Positions 1-7,317 of a stretch of 11,901 bases of DNA are shown here, in pieces (within the stretch, counting starts at the first letter, position 1; each line of letters begins with the position of its first letter). The notes beneath the pieces were generated by a model. That model was not told the origin of the DNA. It saw nothing but the letters and a program-made list of their open reading frames with translations, and made no database searches. Made by a program: the position numbers and the translations under genes. This DNA comes from Piromyces finnis finn (taxonomy: Eukaryota > Fungi > Neocallimastigomycota), in the NCBI GenBank assembly GCA_002104945.1, contig MCFH01000229.1, forward strand, positions 1 through 11,901, read 5' to 3'.

Positions 1-1157
1 CCCAGACATAAGCCTTATGGATTGTATCCCTTTGACACTCCAGTAGGCCCTGTCTGATATTTCTATTGATTTTATTGTTATCTTCCTAAGTCAAGATATG
101 ACAACTCTCATGGTTGTTTCGATAGATTTACTAAATTGCTCACGCCATTCCTTTACGTTGTCTTCCTACTGCTTCGATTGCTGGCTGATGCTTTTATTGC
201 TAATGTCCTTTGCATGGTCTTCCTGATTCCATCATTTCTGATAGAGGCTCGCAATTTACTTCTGACTTTTGGTCAAGACTTTGTGACCTTCTTAATACAA
301 TCATTCATTATCAACTGCCAACCATCCGCAGACAGATGGTCAAACGGAGAGGTGAACGGCATATTGAACATATTTCCGTTGTTTTATAAATAAAAACAGA
401 ATAACTGGGTTGATCTTATCCCATTGCTGAATTTGCATATAATAATACTTTACAACAATCTATAAATCAATCCCATTCTTTGCTAATTATGGTTTTCATC
501 CAAAGTTCAGCTTAGAAATTCCAGCTAATGATAGACTAGTAGAGGAACAAAGAGTAATGATATGAATGAAAACTTTAAATTATAAAAGAAAACTTAGAAA
601 AAGCAAGAAAATATAAGAAATATGCCGATATGAAGAGAATGATTCCCCGGAGTTCGAAGGGGAAAGAAGGTAGGTTATTGAAAGATTCTCCTGAACTACC
701 TAAAGAGAAAATAGCACCTCAAATGCTTGCCCATTTGAGATAATTGGAAAAGTGTTCTGCTTCAAATTGAAACTTCCAAAGACAATGAGATTCACCATCT
801 TTCATGTTTCATTGTTAAACCATACTTTGAAAACAAGTTTAACGACGGTCTAATGTAGGAAGAGGAAATTCACCTTAACACAGATTTAATTGAAAAAAAT
901 TCAGAGAAAATTGAAAAGATGAAATCTGTTAATGGTGAAACATTTTATAAGTTCATGGAAAGGATTTGACAAATCCACTTGGATTCTGAAGATCAGATTC
1001 CAATAAACAATTAATACAAGATTTGAAGAAACTCTAAAAAGTCAAATATAAGTCGAAGACTCCTCCATGAAAATTAGAAAGAATAAAGTTGGTAATCTAA
1101 TCAACAACAGATACAACCATTTGTAATTGAAATTCCTTCGAGAAAAATTCCTTATAA
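1..1157 (+). pseudogene. Integrase/chromodomain 3' end of inverted copy A, heavily frameshifted (likely read error)
   Basis: Reverse complement of 2117-3324, with the stop TAA at 1155-1157. The integrase frame is not maintained. Confidence 0.8.
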
Positions 1158-1182
1158 AATTAATCTCGCAGGAGCTCGACTT

Positions 1183-1192
1183 AGAGAGAGAG
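1183..1192 (+). promoter_or_regulatory. Polypurine tract, copy A
   Basis: agagagagag-at-tgtaaag. Confidence 0.8.
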
Positions 1193-1194
1193 AT

Positions 1195-1590
1195 TGTAAA
1201 GATATCAAACGCCTCTGTTTGATATCTTTAATGTAACTTAAGCCACAAGTATTATTGTTTAAGTTACACAATTATATTCAGAAAAAGAAATGAGACATAA
1301 TTTATTTATTAATAATTAAAGTTAAAACAAAATAAATTATTAATTTATTTTTAATGTTTAACAAGTAAATTAAATATTCCAATTTAAATCCCTAGTTTTA
1401 GTATTGTTTTTTTATAGAAATAGTAAATAATAAATGATTAATATATCATAATACATGGCACCATATTCAAATAAATGTACTTAATTAATTGCCAATTGTA
1501 TTTTATAAAATAATTAAGTTTAAATATTTATAATAATTAAATTTTATTATTTAAAATAAATATAAAATTATAATATAATATAATATAAAT
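1195..1590 (+). repeat. Partial LTR of inverted copy A
   Basis: tgtaaagatatcaaac starts at 1195 after the PPT. The match to the LTR decays towards ~1590. Confidence 0.85.
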
Positions 1591-1645
1591 ATATAAATAT
1601 TCATATTTATAATATATAAATTATATTATAAAATATTATAACATT
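1590..1645. other. Fold-back (inversion) junction; almost pure A/T low-complexity sequence
   Basis: Both inverted arms end here at about the same LTR position (equivalent to ~7310-7330). The interval matches neither arm well. Confidence 0.7.
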
Positions 1646-2080
1646 TTATTTATTTCCTAAATACTTTATATATATTATAACTATTTATTCTTATATTATT
1701 ATTTAAAATCTACACTAAAATCTTAATTATTAATAAATATTTAAACTATAACTATTTTTAGTAAAATACAATTGGCAATTCAAATTAAGTACTATTTAAT
1801 TTGAATATGTGCCCATGTATTATTGATATATTAATCATTTATTATTTATCTATTTCTATAAAAAACAATACTAAAACTAGGGATTTAAATTGAGAATATT
1901 AATTTACTTGTTAAACATTAAAAATAAATTAATAATTTATTTTGTTTTAAACTTTAATTATTAATAAATAAATTATGTCTCATTTTCTTTTTCTGAATAT
2001 AATTTGTGTAACTTAAACAATAATACTTGTGGCTTAAGTTACATTAAAGATATCAAACAGAGGCGTTTGATATCTTTACA
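1645..2080 (-). repeat. 3' LTR of copy B, truncated (U3 only)
   Basis: Matches ~7310-7753. Begins TGTAAAG at 2080 on the minus strand. R/U5 are missing because the sequence turns into the low-complexity fold-back junction. Confidence 0.9.
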
Positions 2081-2082
2081 AT

Positions 2083-2092
2083 CTCTCTCTCT
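2083..2092 (-). promoter_or_regulatory. Polypurine tract (plus-strand primer), copy B
   Basis: AGAGAGAGAG followed by AT and then the LTR start TG. Confidence 0.85.
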
Positions 2093-2116
2093 AAGTCGAG
2101 CTCCTGCGAGATTAAT

Positions 2117-5100
2117 TTATAAGGAATCTTTTCTCGAAGGAATTTCAATTACAAATGGTTGGTATCTGTGCTTGATTAGATTACCAACTTTATTCTTTCT
2201 AATTTTCATGGAGGAGTCGTTCGACTTATATTTTGACTTTTTAGAGTTTCTTTCAAACTCTTGTATTAATTGTTTATCTGGAATCTGATCTTCAGAAATC
2301 CAAGTGGATTTGTCAAATCCTTTCCATGATAACTTATAAAATGTTTCACCATTAACAGATTTCATCTTTTCAATTTTCTCTGGAATTTTTTCAATTAAAT
2401 CTGTGTTAAGGTGAATGTTCCTCTTCCTACGATTAGACCTGTCGTTAAACTTGTTTTCAAAGTATGGTTCTAACAATGAAACATGAAAGACTGGATGACA
2501 TCTCATTGTCTTTGGAAGTTTCAATTTGAAAGCGAGAGAACTAACTTTTCCAATTATCTCAAATGGGCCAAGCATTTGAGGTGCTAATTTTCTCTTTAGT
2601 TAGTTCCAGGAGAATCTTTCAATAACCATACCTTCTTTCCCACTTCGAACTCCGGGGGAATCATTCTCTTCATATCGGCATATTTCTTATATGTTTCTTT
2701 TGCTTTTTTAAGTTTTCTTTTAATAATTTAAAGTTTTCATTCATATCAATTACTCTTTGTTCAGCTCTACTAGGTCTATCATTAGCTGGAATTTCTAAGC
2801 TGAACTTTGGATGAAAACCATAATTAGCAAAGAATGGGATTGATTTATAGATTGTTGTAAAGTATTATTATATGCAAATTCAGCAAATGGGATAAGATCA
2901 ACCCAGTTATTCTGCTTTTTATTATAAAACAACGGAAATATTGTTCTAATATGCCGTTCACCCTCTCCGTTTGACCATCTGTCTGCGGATGGTTGGCAGT
3001 TGATAATGAATGATTGATATTAAGAAGGTCACAAAGTCTTGACCAAAAGTCAGAAGTAAATTGCGAGCCTCTATCAGAAATGATGGAATCAGGAAGACCA
3101 TGCAAACGGAAGACATTAGCAATAAAAGCATCAGCAGCAATGAAGCAGTAGGAAGACAACGTAAAGGAATGGCGTGAGCAAATTTAGTAAATCTATCGAC
3201 AACAACCATGAGAGTTGTCATATCTCTGGACTTAGGAAGATCAACAATAAAATCAATAGAAATACAGACCAGGGCCTACTGGAGTGTCCAAAGGGGATAA
3301 CAATCCATAAGGCTTATGTCTGGGGACTTTGGATTTGCAACAAGTCACGCAAGATTTGATAAAAGATTTAACGTCTGAATGAAACCTTGGCCACCAAAAT
3401 TTCTGGAAATCAGTTCAGTGGTTTTCTTAATACCGAAATGACCAGCAGCAACAGAATCATGATGAAGTTCCAAAACTCTTGTCCTAAGAGATTTAGGAAC
3501 ATAAATAAGATTATTATATAACAAAAATCCTTCTTATCAATAATAACTTTATCAATATTTTTAATAGGTGCATTACATGCAGAACCATTCATTTTAAATT
3601 GGACAATAGAATTATACAAATCGTCATTTTTAAGTTCTAATAAAATAGAATCGATTAACGGTTTGTTATCGCTATGATGAAACGAAATAGTAAGACAAGA
3701 AAATCAGAATTAATATTATTCTCTACATGGTCACTTCTACGAGACAGGATATCAGGCTTACCGGATTTCTTTCCAGCTCTATAAATGAGTTTAAAATCAA
3801 ATCTGGATAAGAACAAATTCCATCTAATTTGTCTCTGAGATAACATTTCAGGTTTTCTAGGAAATGTTAAATTCTTGTGATCAGTATAAATTATGAACGG
3901 ATGGCGTGCACCTTCTAAATAATGACGCCATTCTTCAAGAGCAACTACAATAGCTAAAAGTTCCTTGTCATATATAGGATAGTTTCTTTGACAACTCGTC
4001 AAACTTTTAGAAAGAAATGCAATAGGATGTAATTTGCCATCAAATTCTTGAGAGAGAATAGCACCGACAGCATAATTACTAGCATCAGTTTCTACAATAA
4101 ATTGTTTATTACTATCCGCATGTTTCAGAATAGGATGACGTGAACAGAGATTTTAATAAAATAAAAGCGTCCTGATCTTCTTTCACCCAGTTAAAAGCAA
4201 CATTCTTTCTAGTGAGTTTGTGAAGAGGGTTTGCAATTTTAGCAAAGTCTTTAATAAAAATTCTGTAATAGTTGCATAAACCAATAAAAGACTGAACCTC
4301 TTTAACATTCTTGGGAACCGGCCAATCGAGAATTGCTTTAACTTTATTTTCATCCATTTGCAATCCATCCTTTGAAATGACATAACCAAGAAAAGTGGTT
4401 TTCTCAACATCAAACTCACATTTTTCTAATTTAACATAAAGATTATTTTAAGTAGTTTCTTAAGTACCTTTTTAACATGCTCATGATGTTCTTCGATATT
4501 ATTAGAATAAATAAGAAATATCAATATATGAGATAACAAAATCGTCTAAATAGTCACTAAGGACATCGTTAATGAAGTGTTGAAAAGTTGCAGGTGCATT
4601 CTTTAATCCAAAAGGCATAACCAGATATTCAAAATGTCCATATCTAGTACGAAAAGCCGTTTTGTATTCGTCACCTTCTTTAATACGAACAAGATTATAA
4701 GCGGATTTAAGGTCTAATTTAGTAAAAATCTTAGCATTTTTCACCCTATCCAAAAGGTCACTAATTAAAGGTAAAGGATATGAATTACGAATGGTAATAT
4801 CATTCAACTTTCTATAATCGATACAAAGTCTTAGGGAGCCATCCTTCTTTTAACAAATAAAATTGGGGCACCAGCAGGAGACGATGATTTCCTAATAAAA
4901 CCTTTATTTAAATTATCATCAATATATTTTTTAAGTTCTCTCTTCAACTTCAGTTAATGGATACAAAGGTCCATAAAATAAAGTCGAATCATCTTTAAGT
5001 TTGATTTCACAATCATAAGGTCTATGAGGAGGTAACACTTCACAATTTTTTTCATTAAACACTTCACTAAATTCTAAATATTGGGTTGGTACGGCGACCA

Positions 5101-6635
5101 ATTTATCTTTATTAATATCTTTTCCATTATTATTATTTACTACATGATTCTTATCATTATTACATGTTTCATTAATTTTTGTTACAATACATTTAACTTT
5201 TTTATTAAAACTAATATATTCATATCGCTATCATCTTCATCATTGATGGTTCTAACAAGGCGGCCTTTAACATATTCTTTTTCTTCATTTTTGGGACAGA
5301 GGGATCTACTTTCGGCTTTTTGGTCAAGCTTCGGTCGAGAACATCATGATCTAACTGATCATTCTTTGACTTCTTTCTTGGTTTTCTCTTTCTTTTGCCT
5401 TTATTACAATGTCTGGCACAATAACCAGAACTAAAAGCGATTTTCTTAGAGTCGTAGAAAGCATTTGGATTATGCTTCTTTATCCACGGCAAACCAAGAA
5501 TAACATCAACACCGGGGACTTGTAATCCATAAAGTTGAATTACTTCGAAGTGATTTTTGCAACGGAGCATGCACTTCTCAGTCCTTTCCCAAACACTAAC
5601 AACTCCATCACTAACACCTGAAACACGAATGGTTCTACTTTTTCCAAATTAATACCAAGTTCTTCAGCAAGACTTGGATTAATGAAATTTAATTCAGAAC
5701 CGGAATCAATTAAAACCTTAATTTTAACTTCCGAACTTCATTGGTACTCCAAGTAAAAGTCCACAAGGTTTAAATCACTTTTCACTCCCTTGACTCCAAC
5801 TTGTAAATTTTTGGATTAACAATTTTTGGAGTCCTTTCTTTAACAATTCTTAACACTTTCTGGGCTTTACTCTATTAGGACAATTAAATTTTAAATGTCC
5901 CGGTTGTTTACAAAGAAACATAACCCTTTTTTCTTTTCTTTTTCAAGTTATCTATGTTTTCATTGTAATTTTTACTTGATCCTTGAATATTCACATACCT
6001 TTTTCGTTTATTCTCTCTACTAATTTTAAATACATCCACATCCATAGGATCATTAGCCCTTCTACCATTAAAATAAAAATTCACTTAAAGAATTCCTTTT
6101 CATCATATCTTCAACTATTTTAGTTGAAGAAATCAATTGTTCAATTGAAGTTGGGTTTGATTCAATGAAAGCCAACTTCTCCCTAAGTGGTGGTAATAAA
6201 CCTTCAGAAACATGTAGATTTTTGCGCTATCATTAAAGCTTGAATTTTGGCTAATACGTTGAAACTCGGTAATGTAATCTAATACCTGACCAAGTTTCCT
6301 TTGGCGAAGATTATCTAATTTTCCGTTAGCTACAACGGTATCGTATCTATAACTGCCAAGTTAGCCTCAACCTATTACAAATTCATCATAATGGTTTAAA
6401 ACCTCACTATTATTCTTCATCAACACTGAAGCCATTCCAAAGGTTTACCAGAAAAGTATGATATAACGAAGTCGACCTTGACTCGATCTGTATTATACAG
6501 TGTCGGTCGAGTACGAAATACCAACTCCACTCTAGTTAAAAATCCATCCAATTCTCTTTGTTTACCAGAAAATGTCGGTGGAGCATTAATAATGTTCCCC
6601 GAGTTCCCGGAAACACCCACATTCCTATCACCCAT
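2117..6635 (-). CDS. Gag-Pol polyprotein region of copy B, fragmented by indels that are probably sequencing errors
   Basis: ORF fragments 6420-6635 (gag N-terminus), 5220-5570, 4502-4807 (RT), 4112-4363, 3655-4002 (RNase H), 2845-3159 (integrase) and 2117-2575 (GPF plus chromodomain, stop TAA at 2117-2119) are collinear. One versus two ORFs cannot be resolved. Confidence 0.88.
2252..2392 (-). CDS. Chromodomain at the integrase C-terminus
   Basis: [47 protein letters not shown] matches the Y-x-x-x-W-K-G-F...TW..E chromodomain pattern in the position typical of chromoviruses. Confidence 0.85.
2430..3600 (-). CDS. Integrase (HHCC zinc domain, DD35E core, GPY/F module), copy B
   Basis: Read most cleanly in copy C ORF 8292-9272: HDSVAAGH...[21 protein letters not shown]-(35 residues)-E in [20 protein letters not shown] is in ORF 2117-2575. 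Confidence 0.96.
3735..4105 (-). CDS. RNase H domain (Ty3/gypsy type), copy B
   Basis: [56 protein letters not shown]. Confidence 0.95.
4140..5092 (-). CDS. Reverse transcriptase domain, copy B
   Basis: [81 protein letters not shown]. The YxDD motif reads YID(D) here with an indel at ~4520 and FIDD in copy C (10213-10224). Confidence 0.96.
5460..5730 (-). CDS. Retropepsin-like aspartic protease domain, copy B
   Basis: [12 protein letters not shown] with the catalytic Asp at 5705-5707, and downstream VDVILGLPW motif. Confidence 0.9.
5870..6635 (-). CDS. gag: Gag (capsid plus CCHC nucleocapsid), copy B
   Basis: [15 protein letters not shown]...[12 protein letters not shown] capsid-like segment; DPMDVD motif at ~6034-6051; zinc knuckle at ~5880-5920. 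The knuckle is intact in copy C at 11551-11592 as [14 protein letters not shown] (C-X2-C-X4-H-X4-C). Confidence 0.88.
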
Positions 6636-6740
6636 TTCTAAATTTAAATTTTCAAACTCACTAATTAAATCCTCAATTCAAATATAATATATAATATAAA
6701 ATTAAAATGGTTTCTTACTACTATTTCAAGTAATCTTAAA

Positions 6741-6761
6741 TTTTTTTTTTTTTTTTTTTTT
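6741..6761 (-). repeat. A21 homopolymer (T21 on the + strand) in the 5' leader
   Basis: 21 consecutive T on the + strand. The exact length is unreliable in long-read data. Confidence 0.9.
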
Positions 6762-6858
6762 AATTACACTACTACAATTTATCCTAATACAAAAGTTATT
6801 CAAACGCGTTCTGCAAAGCAGTGTCGAACAAGTTTTGTATTACTAATTACTATTGGTT

Positions 6859-7109
6859 AATTTCTTCTTTCTTCTTGCACTCGGTGGTAGTTTCTAATTC
6901 TAACCAGTAGTCAAAATTTCTTCTTTCTTCTTATTCGGCGGTAGTTTCCAATTCTAACCAGTAGTCAAAATTTCTTCTTTCTTCTTATTCGGCGGTAGTT
7001 TCCAATTCTAACCAGTAGTCAAAATTTCTTCTTTCTTCTTATTCGGCGGTAGTTTCCAATTCTAACCAGTAGTTAAAGTTCTTTCTTGCTTTTTGTACCC
7101 GGCGGTAGA
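6859..7109. repeat. 54-bp tandem repeat, ~4.5 units, in the 5' leader
   Basis: TAGTTT(C/T)...GGCGG units start at 6888, 6942, 6996 and 7050 (period 54). Central units are identical and the outer ones are degenerate. Confidence 0.95.
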
Positions 7110-7138
7110 TACCCTAACGTATTCTCTATCTTCGTTGG

Positions 7139-7149
7139 GTAATTGTTAT
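7139..7149 (-). promoter_or_regulatory. Primer-binding site of self-priming (Tf1-like) type, ATAACAATTAC
   Basis: Immediately follows the LTR 3' CA, lacks the TGG start of tRNA-type PBSs, and is the exact complement of minus-strand GTAATTGTTAT at 7282-7272. Confidence 0.8.
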
Positions 7150-7210
7150 TGTAAAGTCGACACAGAAAGAATAGATTAGGATATCTATTCTATTACAATA
7201 ACACTAAATT

Positions 7211-7254
7211 TAAAATAAAAATAAAAAATTGTTTTATTAAAAATATCTTTTATT
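7211..7254 (-). terminator. Candidate polyadenylation signals in R: two AATAAA (7254-7249 and 7238-7233) followed by a U-rich tract (~7228-7211)
   Basis: Motifs are seen downstream of the predicted TSS within the LTR. The AT-rich context lowers specificity. Confidence 0.4.
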
Positions 7255-7271
7255 ATAATAGAATTTTAATA

Positions 7272-7282
7272 ATAACAATTAC
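7272..7282 (-). promoter_or_regulatory. Predicted transcript 5' end / self-primer (GTAATTGTTAT); predicted TSS ~7282
   Basis: Perfect 11-nt complement of the PBS (12 nt if 7271/7150 is included); lies 28 nt downstream of TATAAATA. Confidence 0.7.
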
Positions 7283-7309
7283 ATCGATAAAATGATGAAA
7301 AATATCTTC

Positions 7310-7317
7310 TATTTATA
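7310..7317 (-). promoter_or_regulatory. Candidate TATA box (TATAAATA)
   Basis: Located at -35 to -28 relative to the predicted TSS. The LTR is very AT-rich, so the motif alone is weak evidence. Confidence 0.5.

Larger units (their letters stand above)
1..1590 (+). mobile_element. Inverted partial copy (copy A): integrase core, chromodomain, PPT and first ~two-thirds of the LTR; degraded, probably a fold-back arm
   Basis: Position 1 (cccagacata) is the reverse complement of 3315-3324. Similarity to copy B continues to ~1590 with many extra deletions. Confidence 0.93.

Noticed and set aside
136-393. Independent small ORFs 136-393, 2958-3221, 8633-8881, 3410-3619, 4183-4419
   Set aside because: These are out-of-frame or frameshifted pieces of the integrase and RT regions, not separate genes.
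1500-1645. RIP or deamination-type mutation explaining G/C loss in copy A
   Set aside because: The loss is confined to the junction-proximal region and mixed with deletions. Differences elsewhere are mostly indels rather than directional C-to-T changes.
2004-2288. Antisense ORF of 94 aa (also 7740-7961)
   Set aside because: TTG start, overlaps the pol 3' end, PPT and LTR, and has no recognisable motif. Its recurrence only reflects the repeat.
1-3324. Inverted terminal repeats of a DIRS, foldback or DNA transposon
   Set aside because: The inverted arm includes coding integrase sequence and ends mid-LTR, and there is no tyrosine recombinase or transposase. It is better explained as a fold-back.
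5081-5434. Antisense hydrophobic ORF (I/F-rich), possible env or membrane protein; also 10765-11034, 11230-11565, 6478-6687, 3174-3359
   Set aside because: These are shadows of Lys/Asn/Glu-rich sense codons. The frames differ between copies B and C, and there is no extra ORF between pol and the PPT.
5730-5880. Programmed gag-pol frameshift or readthrough
   Set aside because: Frame changes occur here, but indel noise differs between copies, so single-ORF and frameshifted organisation cannot be told apart.
6859-7109. CRISPR-like array
   Set aside because: Units are contiguous and identical with no unique spacers, there are no cas genes, and the context is a eukaryotic retroelement leader.
7120-7149. 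tRNA-type primer-binding site
   Set aside because: The sequence after the LTR does not start with TGG. TGG-containing motifs in the 54-bp repeats are not adjacent to the LTR, and the self-complementary match explains the site better.
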